Below, piece after piece: positions 1-12,224 of a stretch of 64,000 bases of DNA. Numbering within the stretch: position 1 is the first letter of the stretch; every line of letters begins with the position of its first letter. A program made the translations under genes and the position numbers. This DNA is from Minutocellus sp. GHC0000111 (taxonomy: Eukaryota), in the NCBI GenBank assembly GCA_977018835.1, contig OZ361256.1, positions 5,642,001-5,706,000 of the forward strand, read 5' to 3'. Under the pieces are notes generated by a model. It ran no database searches. It had not been told where the DNA came from and saw only the letters and a program-made list of their open reading frames with translations.

Positions 1-3000
1 GGAAGGCCGTGACCTCCATGGATCATCCAGTAGTGGGATTATCTCTACGAATGCACCAGCATCCCTGGCTGTTGCGGGGGAGTTATCGTCAGGCCAGCAA
101 GCAGCCAACCCTTCTACGACAACAGCTTCTCGCAGAACAATAAGGGCATGCAAAATGTTCTATGATCAGGTCAGCGAGGCGGATTCTGGAGGTAGCAACA
201 TGCTGTTTGGTCCCAACCGCGGTGGCCGGCCGGCTGCTCAACCGTCGCAGACTGCTGTTCCTCCGACGCCAACGCAGGGTACGACCGAAAGAGGAGTTGG
301 TATCTTGCAAAGCCACCTTCGGCCCGAGGGAGCGCCAGACAAGGTTCAGAAGAAAAATGCGGAGGATGCCCAAGCTGAGGAATTGGCGAGGCAGGTTGAT
401 GCCGAGTATGCAGCCGCCTTGGTTGGAAGCCCCCGAGCCACACCAGGTGATAAAGTGGCGCATCCGGCCCCATGCTGACGTCCGATGCCATTTCTTCTGC
501 AAAAAGAGTGTCGGAGACACAGGCCCAGATGGGAACAAGATCACAAATCACTGATGCCAATCGACGGCTAGGGATGGCAGCGGCAAATCATTTGGAGAAG
601 ATGGGCAAAGAGCTTCTACTCAGCGATGCTCCACTACTTCTGAAAGAGATTGGGTATACTCAATCATCTAGTGATCCTTGCGAAGAGGGTGTAGTTGCGG
701 CGAGAGCCGAGCGGGATTTTTCTCGCTGGATTAGTACGCTTATGATGCACGCAACTCGATGCGTTCAGACTGTTCAGCAAAATGTGAAAGAGGGCGACCT
801 TCTTGATATCCTCCCGTATTGCAAAGTAAAAGGTGAGCACGAGCGTATGACCTTTTGCAGCATGTCGGGCTTCCTCGCCTAATATTTTATCCTTTGTCTC
901 ATGGCCATACTGCTTCTCTGTTTTGTTTGTGTTTTCGTATTTATCTCCCAACATCGTAGTGATTCCGGGTGGAACAATCTCCGATTGCGCGTACATGTCC
1001 GGTCTAATTTTTCGGAAGAATGTTAGCCACAAATCAATGGCACGGGAAATCAACAGACCAAGAATAATGCTGCTTTCGGGAGGGATTGAATTTTCCCGTG
1101 GCCAAACTCAACGCATGGCTTCGCTTGAAACCATAATGGAACAGGAAAATAAGTTCAAGCCCGATATTCTCTTCGTTGGCCGTTCGGTGAGCCGCAAGGC
1201 GCAAGAACTGCTCCTCAAAGCAAATGTTGTGTTATTTCAGCATGTCAAGTCATCTCTCATGTCCAAAATTTCGCGTCAGACCGGAGCAACCATATTGGCG
1301 AGCACTGATTACGTCCTCTTCCAGAAGAGTGTTCTCGGTACCTGTAAGCGCTTTCGTCTTGTCACCTTCAGGGACAATGAATCTTGGTCTGATACCAGCA
1401 ATGCGCCTGGTAGCAAGGGATCTGTCCAAAATATCCATGCCTTGTTGGCTCGCGAGGATCTTCCCAACCATCGCCGGCAAGCAGTCCTTGCGGCTGATGT
1501 CCTTGGCGAAGAAGTCAAGGATGGAAGCGACGCTGTGAGAGAAGGCCTTGCGAAGAGAGGTGTTGCCCTCACATACACCATGCTAGAGGGCTGCCCGAAA
1601 CATCTGGGGTGCACGGTTGTACTTCGAGGTGCTTCGAGGCCGGCACTGAAACAGGTAAAGCGTGTATTTCAGTTCATCGTCAACGTGGCATACAATCTGA
1701 GGCTCGAGACCAGCTACTTGAGGGAACGCCGTGCCATGCTCCCTCCCGACTATTTCCCGTCACCCAAGCTCAGCTGCAGCTCCTCCCTTTGCATTGATTA
1801 TGGCGAGCCTCCTCACGGGCGCAGAATTAAACCATGGAACGGCGGAAAGAACGATACCTCTCAACGGTCTCTATCGGGAAAGATCACCGCCTTTGATCAC
1901 CAGAGCATTCTTATCACGTCCGTATGGATGCTTGGTAAGAACCAGTGCTGCCCAGCCGAGGTGAAGGGCATATGCTACTACTCTGTGCAGGACGTGTCCT
2001 TGGGCCAATTTCTTCGGGACAGTTGCTTCAATCTCGCTCTCAAATGTCAAAATCCTACTTGCAAAAAGTCTGTACTTGACCATTCCCTGTCCTTTATCCA
2101 TAACGATGGGCTCATCAATATCACGGTCGAGGCGATGGACGATCCTCTCCCGCCTGGTCCCAACGGCTCGAAGGACACTTCGCCTTCCACCGAAGAAACA
2201 GACAAGAATGGCAAGCCAGTCGATAAACCCATCGCTACTTGGACGTACTGTACGCACTGTTCCAAAGTTGTTACGCCCCTCAATTTTATCAGCGAAGATA
2301 CCTGGAAACTTTCGTTCGGGAAGTTTCTCGAAACATTCTTTTACAATCGAACGGCAATTCTCAACGCACCGGAACATAGCTGCAAGTGTCAGATGCAAAC
2401 CAATTCGACCCTCTACTTCGGTTGTGGTCAACTCGCTGCTCGATTCACGTATGAGAAGGTGAAGCCTTTTGGTGTCTTCGTCCGCAAGATTTTGCCCTTT
2501 GAGGGAGATTACCATCGCAACGAATCGCTGCGGCAGCTTGAACTTGTGTCTACCACATCTTCTCAATTGTTCTCTGCCTTTGATCAACATATCGAGCGCA
2601 TTACACGAGAGGCCCGCAGTCTCTTTGGATCACCCAATAGAGCGGATCACTTACAGACGATTGTTGCCGAACTCAATGGATTAGGATCCGAGGTCGTCCA
2701 TGCCTCTACCATTCTTCAAGAAAAAATAGCATCCGTTTCGAGGAGATTCCAGGATACGAGCGCAGGCGACGCTGCCGCCTACGAAGCCCTCTTCAATTTT
2801 CCCTGGCAGTCGCGGAGGTACCTCTTTATGCTTACTTCGGCTTGGAATGAGCGACTCATAGCCATTGGAAGGGCCCTCACAGCAATGAAGAAGCTCTCGA
2901 AGAAAGCTGCAGCGGCGAACGCAAGGGACTTGGCCATCCAACAAAGCAGTGGCGACACCCACGACGAAGTAAAAAGTGCTATCAAGCGAATCAATCAGCT

Positions 3001-4627
3001 CAAAGAGCTTTATGCTCAATTCAAAGTCTCGGACAGCTCCAGCAGTATGCAGTTCCCGCGTGGTTTTGAGGCCACTGGCAATTCTCGTCGTGGGGGTAGC
3101 GCTCGTCGTGTGGAGGACTTGGACAACATCGATATTGCACTTGATCCTCTTGACTACGAAGAAGATGAAGTGTACGATGGTGGAGGATCTGCCAATGACA
3201 CCGACTCGGAATACTTGGCCGGGCTGGATGCTGATGTACTTGCATCAAGACGTCGAATGCAAGAACGGCCTAGACGAAGTAGATCTGTTGTGTCCGATCA
3301 GGGCGAAGGGGATGCGGATGGCACCCAATTGCCATCAGGGAACCGTCAACGCCAGGAGAGCTACCGCAGGCAAACATCGGCTCCTGTTCGTGGAGGGGAC
3401 AAGTCCGAACAAATGGACGGCCCAAACAAGGGAGGTCCAGTCAGCACCGGTGGCGCTGTTAAATCGGCTCTGACCCGCCTCTTCAATCGAGGCGCAAAAG
3501 ACTCCGATCCTTGGAAAGTGAATCTAGGCATTCTCAATGATGGGCGGCCTCGCCTCGAACCTGGCTCAGGAGGTCGTGTCGTGCCCGTTTTCGACGACCA
3601 ACCAAGTACGATCATTGCCTACTCTCTGTCTTCTATTGACTACGAGAATCAATTCAAATTCTTCACCACTTCGGGCCCATCCAGCGAAGCCTCATCGACC
3701 TCCGGAAATAAAGACGATCGGAGCATTAACGATATATTCACCGGTGCTGGCGGAGCTTCGGCTCAACAGAAGTCTAGCATGCGACGGACGACAAGCGGCA
3801 ACAAGCAGATCGGTGGAATCACCGGCGATCGTAAGAACATTGAGCGTCAAATGCTATTTCGTGCGAAGAGTCATATCAAACATACCTTTCGCGATTTTGA
3901 CAGCAAGGGGCAGGTTGTTTGTAAGTTTGTGTGTACGACGTACTGGGCAACTCAGTTTCATGCCGTGAGACAGGCCTTTCTTGCGTCCTCCTCTTCGTCA
4001 CAGCCAGGTACTAGTAGTAGAGACTCGTCTTCCGTGAGTAGCGAAAGCGGTACTGTACCTGCCATCGACGTCGAAAGCAGCTACATCCAAAGTCTTTCAG
4101 CGGCCTGCGAGTGGGCCGTATCTGGTGGAAAATCCGGTGCTTCATTTTCCAAGACGGATGACGGACGTTTTATCGTCAAGTGCATTAGCCGGACCGAACT
4201 ACAAATGTTCCTTGACTGTGCACCTGCATACTTTGAGTACTTGTCGAAGGCTTTCTTTCATGGATTGCCGACTGTCCTTTGCAAGATTGTCGGGGTTTAC
4301 CAAATCGGCTACCACAACCGTGCAACAGGCAAAAGGACAATGGAGCAGGTCGCAGTAATGCAAAATATATTCCATGGACGCAAGATATCTCGAGTCTTTG
4401 ACCTCAAGGGGTCTCTCCGAGGTCGTTTCACTCAGCAGTCAATGGACAAGGATTCTGGCGGCAAGGCATTAGCTGCATTGATCACACACTGTTTGACGAA
4501 TGCAATAGATAATTCTCGCAGCGTTTTCGCCTGTGCTGGCGATGCAATGTTTGTGTCGGACAGACCCAGCAGCTTCTCGAGCACCTTGACATCGTCATCA
4601 CGTGTATCGCGAAAGGATGCTAAATGA
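1..4627 (+). pseudogene. FAB1: PIKfyve/Fab1 phosphatidylinositol-3-phosphate 5-kinase, disrupted and 3'-truncated (5' end outside window)
   Basis: End of a FYVE-like segment (RACKMFYD, ~143-166). CCT/TCP1-like domain (KVK|VIPGG across intron 833-959; GCPKHLGCTVVLRG). Cys/His-rich Fab1 region (SLGQFL..C; SFGKFLE). PIPK N-lobe (GGKSGASFSKTDDGRFIVK, VFDLKGS). Frameshift ~455, apparent in-frame deletion ~1150, and no MDYSL/GIIDY C-lobe motifs. Confidence 0.85.
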
Positions 4628-4885
4628 TGAAGCGACATTTGTCCCCAAAGCATCCCAAAGAAGGAATCATCTGCATCCGTGATGAGATTTGTGATTTGAG
4701 GCGGCATCAAGTGGTCCCTCCAAAGAGCAGTGAGGGGTTCGTCTGTCGGCAGCGTCCGTGGCTGGTAATTGAGAAAATCTCGAGCTGTGTCGACCACCCC
4801 AAAGGTCGATTTACCACCGAACGAAAACGACGTTGGGAAGGATGTTTCATTTCTACCGATTAGGACCGTCGCACATTCACAGGCG
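4463..4885 (-). other. Probable fragment of an unrelated helical protein gene joined to the PIKfyve truncation point
   Basis: The minus-strand frame reads as amphipathic helices (DDDVKVLEKLLGL...LRELSIAFVKQCVINAAN) where the PIKfyve frame loses homology. It has no natural start or stop and is bounded by the palindrome TAGGTACCTA near 4888. Confidence 0.35.
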
Positions 4886-4993
4886 TTTAGGTACCTAGGT
4901 AATGACATTTGGCTTTGCTTGCTGCATTTTGCTGGCGCATCCTGCTGCTCACTGCTGCTGTGCGGAAAATACCACCATCATAATATCACCACC

Positions 4994-5053
4994 ATGGGTA
5001 AGAAGGGCAAGAAGGTGCAGGCTAGCAAGCCAACACTGGAATTGATCCTTTGA
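4994..5053 (+). pseudogene. Orphan N-terminal stub MGKKGKKVQASKP, resembling the start of the diatom RING/Sel1-like family
   Basis: ATG in ACCACCATGG context followed by a Lys-rich start; stop after 19 codons. Family assignment is from memory of diatom proteins. Confidence 0.3.
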
Positions 5054-5661
5054 CGAAATTAATTGGGGGGGACAAAAATATGGAACAATGGGTGCAGAAG
5101 AGGAGCATCTAAAACAATCCATACTTGAGTAACAAAGAACATCTTACCCTGTCAAACATCGACTATGGTACATGTATGTCAGTGCGTAGCGTGCATGGTG
5201 GCTGGTTTGGCTCAATTCGTCCATGGCGTCGGCACACAGGAGGGGGTTCCGGTTTCGCTACACAGTCACATTACACATGCACCGGCACAACAAATTTCTA
5301 CATCTAGTCGTTTTATCACATTGACATATTCAGGCGATGGAAAGTGAAGAAAGTAGGTTAGAACAAGCAGAGATAGCCGCAAATAACACATTACATGCAC
5401 CTACTCCAGCGTAGCTAGGTACATGTAACTTCGCCCGCGTTGATGAGTCGATTGAGTCATTTCAGTTTTGGTCCCGTTTTATACATATATGTGAACTCAC
5501 TCCAGGCATCGCATCGGCATGCGGCGGCGAGCCGAACCGCCAAAAAAAAGAGAACCGATCCGGTGATTACGGTAAGCAACGTCCATTACGCACTCTCTCA
5601 CTACTCTAGCTAGCTACGTAGTAGGCCTAGTCACGACGCTGCATAAACCGAATCAATCACC

Positions 5662-6418
5662 ATGTCACTCATTGCCCTCGATAGAAAAAGGGCAATCATC
5701 ATTTTAACTTCGGCACTTGCTACAACCCAACGAAGATTCTCTCCAGCAACTGCTCTCGGTCGACATTTCTTTCTTGGGGGAGAAAACCGGCTCTTACTTT
5801 GCCATATGCGGGTTTGCGTCGCTGGCAACAATTTGGTTCTTGGGAGCCGGGAGAGGGTACGTATTGCCAAAGTTGAACGTGCTATCAACAGCTCTTAGAT
5901 TTGGTGGGCACCTTGCGTCTTTGAGAGTAGTTGAAAGATACATCGATGATCCAGATGACGCAACCAACACCCTTCGAATTCTCCAAACGATGACATGTAC
6001 AGATGATCACATCCGAAAGATTATAGCGGATGTAGGTGGGATTGAAACTGCAGTCAAGGCCATGAAGAGATTCTCGGAAGAGAATGAGGGTGTTGCTGCA
6101 AGTGGATGCGGCCTACTTCAAAACATATGCGGTCATGATAAGAAAAGCGACCTGAGGGTGTTGGAATGTGGAGGCATCAGCGCGATAGTCCGGGCGATGA
6201 AAAGTTGGCCAGAAAACGAGATTGTTTAGGCACATGCCTGTATGACACTTGATAGTTTGGCCAGCAGCGAAGAATTAGCCATCAGTAAGAAGATTTTAGA
6301 TGTTGGTGGGCTCGTGGCCTTGGCGGAAGCACGGACAATGCATCAACATGACATTCGGATTACCACTCCTGCCACACATGCCATCGTCGAGCTAGTTCAC
6401 CAGAAACAGTGTAAATAA
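5662..6418 (+). pseudogene. Armadillo-repeat protein pseudogene
   Basis: Repeated ARM units (IADVGGIETAVKAMKRF; LECGGISAIVRAMKSW; LDVGGLVALAEA). ATG 5662 is out of frame with the body. An in-frame TAG at 6227-6229 is followed by continuing ARM sequence to TAA 6416-6418. Confidence 0.75.
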
Positions 6419-6673
6419 TGCGAAAGTCAATCTAGTCTAGTAGGAGAGGATCGCTGGCGCAAGAAGCCAGCTAGAAATATCTCACAATCGAAAGATAGAA
6501 TTGACTCTAACTTTTACGACGTAGTCCCTATTGAAGCCTACACCTATTCTATTTTCGTTACTCGAGTCTATTATTCTACATGTATCCAGTGTAGCCTCAC
6601 ATGCATTTTGTTATCGCCCCCTCCCACACGAATTTATTGTATCATATTCACGCAAAATATCACATTCAGTCAG

Positions 6674-9600
6674 TTAGAAGCGCTTGCCGAGTTGATGTAT
6701 CGCATCCACCGCAATCCAAATCTTGCTATCGATACTACTTTCAATCAGGCGCTCGATGAACGACAAAGCCGCTATTTCATTTAGGTCAAGACGGAATCGG
6801 TACCGCATGGACATGAGGGCATCCTCTTGGCTTTGGTTCTTCGAAACGTCTGGTAGATCGGCCGAGGTAACATTCCGGATGAGCGACATGAGCAACCGAA
6901 CGTTGCTGTGACGACGAAGTGCCACGAAAGCCGCACCAGCGAGAGAAAGGAACTTGGCAAAATTATCGCTATTGCGACCGCCCATGCCCAAAACCATCTC
7001 TTCGGTGATTCTCATGGGCAGGTAGGTTTTGGGATCTTGGCCAAGGATAAAGGAATAGTCGCAGTGCAGGAAATATCCCTTGGGATGGAGAAGAAGGTTA
7101 TCCAAATGCCGATCCCCTACGCCCAGCAGATAGGTAATAACACTGTAACCAGCGCATGATCGGACATATGTATCCATCACGTCCTTCTGAATGTAGTATG
7201 GTGCGTCGGCATCGTAAGCGGAGGCACGAAGGAAGTCCTGGACAGGATTGTTGGCGTAGACGTCTTTCCCTCTTGGCTTGGAAGCCTTATCACCCAGAGT
7301 CACTCCTCGTAAAGATTCATACTTGCACCAAAGACCAGCGGGGTTGGTAGCATTGGCATCGGTAGCACTATTGCTAGGATCACCGCCGGCAAACGAATCA
7401 TACGCGGGGCTGCCGCCATCAAATGCGGCTTCACGCGAAGCACTTGTCGATCGAGGCACGGTGGAAGATGTGCGGCTTACAGAGCTACCTCCACTTGTCT
7501 TACAGATCTCGGAGAGTGGGACGGTACCATTCATCCACTCAATGAATCCCTTATTGTCACCAACGGCTAAGCACCTGTAAGTCACAAGTTTAAGGTCGAG
7601 GCCCGATGCCCTCAAAATTCGGTCGCACGCCTCAATGAACTCAACCGCGACCACCTCCTGTCGCATATCATCATCGTGCTTGTAGAGCAACATGCGACGC
7701 TGAGGAAGATCACCGCCTAGCGATATGCGTTCGGTAGTGATTTTCAGCTCAATTTCCATTTTCTTGGAAGAGTGTTTGGTGGAATGAGTGGGATATCCAG
7801 AATGATCGAATTCTTCCCCATTCCCAGGGGGGGGCGACGAGATCTGAGCGTGGCATCTAACGGTAACCTGCATCCCCGGTACTTTCTGGCTATTCGCAGG
7901 CGGTATGACACGATCCCACAAGGATGACAAGTCGACCCAACAATACCCAGCATCCATCGAGTAGTGCAATCGGCCCTGAATGTCGCTATGCTGCAACTTT
8001 TCATTGCCCTCGTCAGTGACGGCGAGCGAAGCCACTTTCATCGATAGTGTCTTGGGACCACCCCAAGATGATCTTGATTCGAACGACAAAACATTTTCCT
8101 CGGTCCAACGGTACGATGATGTTTCTGTTGGGGCTCCTACTGTACTGCTGCCGGTATGCTTCACGACTCCATCTACTGCGGCGTGAACAGCGTAAGCACA
8201 GTTTGGGTGAGCGTTGCTCCCACCATCAGACCCAGAGGTATGAAGAGCAATGACTTCAACCTTGGTCCTATACACAAGCTGCTGTCCACCAAGAATTGCC
8301 GTTTTGTCTGGAACGCTTTCGGCTGCACAAATACCAGTACCCACTTCGCTTGGACTTGAGGACACACGCGCATCAAGCGAACCATTTGTGTTGACCGCGG
8401 TCGAGTTGAAACATAGAAGTAGGGGAAAGTGTGCACTTGGCAGTATGAAACTTTCATCAGGCTCCACAGACAGGAGAATTTCGGACGAGTCTACGGGATT
8501 CAGCAAAGGTAGCCTCGGAACCATTTCATCGCCGCTGTCATTGTTGATGCGATGAAGCTCGTTTCTCATTTCAGCAGTGACATTCGCGAGCGTTTTGTCC
8601 TTGCTCTCCGACCATGGCTGCAGTGCCCACTCAGCAATCTTTTGACTAACAGATTTGAGTAGGGAACCCTCGATTGTGTAGCATGTTGCTTCCAATCTCT
8701 CCAAAAACCATTCCATAGTATTAAAATAAAGTTGTGTCGATGGAAGAGTAAAGGTTGGCGCAGATACAGACCGCAGATGGCTGTCCGATGAAGGGGATGG
8801 AAGGATATCACCGGTGGAATTTTCTGCCACATCACTTTTCTTCTCCAAAGATACAATTTGCCCTCCATCAACATCGCTTCCCGTGGGACTGGGAAGATTT
8901 GCGTAATTATTCTTTTTCTTCTTTGTGCTTCCTGTTCTCAAAAGACGGCCAATCTTCTTCGTCACGCCCTTTTTCTTCTTGGGAGACGGTGTCTTCATTT
9001 CCCGATCAATTGTATCGATCTCTGCATTCAAAACGCCTTTGAGTGATCTGATCGACTGCTGCATCGGCGTTTGTAGTTTCTGCTGCACTTTCGCCCTTGC
9101 TCGTCTTGGCTTTCTCTGCCAATACATCAAACAAGAGGTCCTCTCTACCTTCATACTTTTTCAGCACCGTGGAGGCCCGGGCCTGACTTCGCTCTCGTGT
9201 GAGGGCTGGCCCATATATATTATCGAGCAAGGTGGCAACACGATCCAGCTTCGGGTCGTTCGCTCCACCCTTACTACTCTTCGGCGAAGCCCTTGCAGCC
9301 GATATCCGGGATTTCTTGATCCTTAAAAAAAATGGAAATTCGCTGCTGAGCATCCTCAAGCACCTGTTGAGCAGAGTATTGCACATGAGAAGCGCAATCC
9401 TGACCACCCATCGAAGCCAGGAATGATCTCAAAAGAAAGTGGAGCCGCTGGCATACTTCAATGTCATTTGCAGCCTGGAGTCGTATAGTCGAAGTAATCC
9501 GACCATGTTGCAATGTGTAATGAAATTTTATGTAAGGAGACACCACGTTCAAATATATATGATAGCACAAAAAAGGATCCCGAAAAAACCTGTTTCACTT

Positions 9601-11783
9601 ACCAATCCCAAAATAATGTCCAAAACCTTCTTCCCAACTTCTTTTGTCGCAACCATTGCTCGAGATCTGGAGCCTGAATGAGTGGAGCTTTCATCTCCTT
9701 GCTCGCTCTCCGCCAACAGCGATTCATCCTTGAGAGCATTTACAAAATCAGGCGACGAAAGAAGACAAACAAATTGTATCAGGTACCAACAAAATACACC
9801 ACTTGCACCCTTTGCCGAAGCTGCCTGTTCTAGCATTGAAACCATTTCATCAACATTTGTTGGGTCTTGTATTTTCCCTGCAGCGTGGTCCCCATCTTTC
9901 GATGGCACACCGGTGGCCTGAAAGTTGTCCTCGTTAAAACTTGCGCAATGGAAAACGATGCAATACACCAGCGATTGCAGGGCATTCCACCTCGCGACCA
10001 GCTGCCCCTTGGGAAGCGCAGGACAGTCCTGGTAGCTATTTCCCTCTTTGCCTTTACTTATCATGCCAATGCGCTTTCCGAAACCAAAGGTGGGTGCTAT
10101 GATAGAACCAGCAGCTACCCGGACAGCCAGCTCAGGAATTGATTTCGCAGCAGATGAGCCACCTGCTTTGCCACTTCCAGCAATGGCGCGCTCCAATAAC
10201 AAATCGGACGATGCCTCGGGTAGATATTCTTTGCCAGCTCCACAATTCAATATTCCTTCCAGGGGATGGGGATTGACAGCTTTCTCCAATGATGTTGGTG
10301 CCCTCTTGCGCTTCACTGTGAAGCCATCCCGATCCTTCTTTCCAGGCGTCTTGCCGCTACTTCCCATGCCATCGTCGCCGCCATTCGCTGCTTTATTGCG
10401 TTCCTGGCTGCCCGCACGTGATGCTGCCGGTGTAAAGGCCAGCGTCAAAGCGATCTTTTCCTGTTCACACAAAAAGAACGGATGCATATTGAGACAGGTG
10501 AGATATTGCCAAGCAATAATATATTGTAGAAGAATTTGACGACGCCGAAATTAAGCAGGAGTGAAACCAAAACTCACCCCACCAACGAACAACCGTCTCA
10601 GCTCTTCGGCTGTATCGACGTGGTCCATGTCCCGCAGGCTCCGTCCATTGACGGCCGCCACCAAGCACCCCCGGCGCACCCCGGCACTCTCCGCGAACGA
10701 ATACGATCGCTGCACGAGGGCAAAGTTCCCGCAGGGTCCCCACGATATGCCAAACGGTGCCTTGCCCAGGAGGATGGCAGTGTACAGCCGCCCGTTGCGG
10801 ATGAATCGCAGGGCCACGGGACCCTGAATGCCGCCGTAGGTGCAGTACTGAGACGCCGGCGAAGAATTCTGATGATTCTGACTGTTGTTTGCGGCATTTG
10901 GGGACGATCCATCGCCATTGTTGCCATTCCCTTCATCGTCACCCTTGATTGTGGCCGCTATGCCACCACCACCACCGCCGATGCCGCCCAGGGTCGACGC
11001 CACATTCTCATACTGCCAAAGTCGTTCCAGCAGCTTGTGCGTCGGTTCACCCAGGACCCCCAGCCCATTGATGTCGACCAATATCGATCCGGGCAAAATT
11101 CCGGCAAAGTACGCCTCGGACGTTGCCGCCACGGAACGGACGTACACTCCCAGCGGGATGCGGGAGAGGGTGATGCCCAGCCTCGGTCGCTGGGTGGTGT
11201 CATCGTCGGCATCTTCTACAACACTTGCTCCTAATGTTCCACCCGTTATGCTGGATATTACCGATTTGGATGGCGATCCGCGCGACACTGCGCTCTTGGT
11301 AGGGGAGGCGTTGGGTGTTGCAGCTGGTGATGCCGCAGCCGATGCCGAAGCCGCCGCTCCCGCTGGTATCACGGCACCGTACGCCACAAACGATTTGATT
11401 CCTGCCAGACCCACCCCCTCTACGGCGGGTACCTTGGGCCTATTGGCAGTAGCACTGTTGCCAGCATCCTCACGGATATCATCCTCGACGGCAGCCGCGA
11501 CCGCCGCCTCGGCGGTGGAATGGATGGACGGAAAGTCGGTGGAGCCGAACAGAGCATCGATCCAGGCGTTTCGTACATCGCTGCGAAAGGCACCGACTGG
11601 GTTGGGAAAGGCGTTGTCGCTGGTCATTGTGTCGAGGCCAGCGCGGGAGTCGATGGTGTTCACCGTCACGTCGAGGTCGACCGGCGGACCGGCGGCGGTT
11701 CGCACCCCCTTGCCGGTAGCAACTGGTGGTTCCTCGGGGCCCAACGTGAGGGTGGTACCGCCGTCCTCCCAAACGAGCTTCAT
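6674..11783 (-). pseudogene. Class III (Vps34-like) PI3-kinase with two N-terminal PDZ-like domains; two apparent frameshifts
   Basis: Kinase motifs YKHDDDMRQE, GFIEW, SCAGYSVITYLLGVGDRHLDNLLL, DYSFILGQDPK and RFRLDL. PDZ-like segments RLGITL..GILPGSILVDING and PFGISW..GVRRGCLVAAVNG. In-phase introns 10461-10577 and 9475-9602. Frame changes near 9330 and 9045. Confidence 0.75.
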
Positions 11784-12224
11784 TTTCTTCAAATTCGATT
11801 GCCCGCAAAGCAAAAACGGAAAGGAACACCTATTATCAGGTCAGTTTATGGGTGCTTGGGACTCGACTCCACGCTACCGGCCAAACCTGCAAACGCAAAC
11901 GGTATCCGCTCCGGTGGCCAACCACAAGATGTGCTGAAATAAATGACGCGAGGCCGATATCGAGTGGTTTTTGAGTTTCCGTTCACACGTCACTGCAAAA
12001 CCGTCGCGTCACTGCACTTCAGTACTCTCTACGTAGCCTAGCTAGTAGCAGTGCAAGCTGCCTGCCAAAGATGAAGTCAAGCAATTCCTAGCTAGCTAGC
12101 TAGAGCTAGCCCACCTGGACCAAAATACGAGATAGGAAAGCAGGGGCAGCATCGAGAGGTGGAGCAATGTCATGTGTGTTGTGCAAACTTGAATGAGATG
12201 CCTTCAACCTCTTAGTGGAGATAG

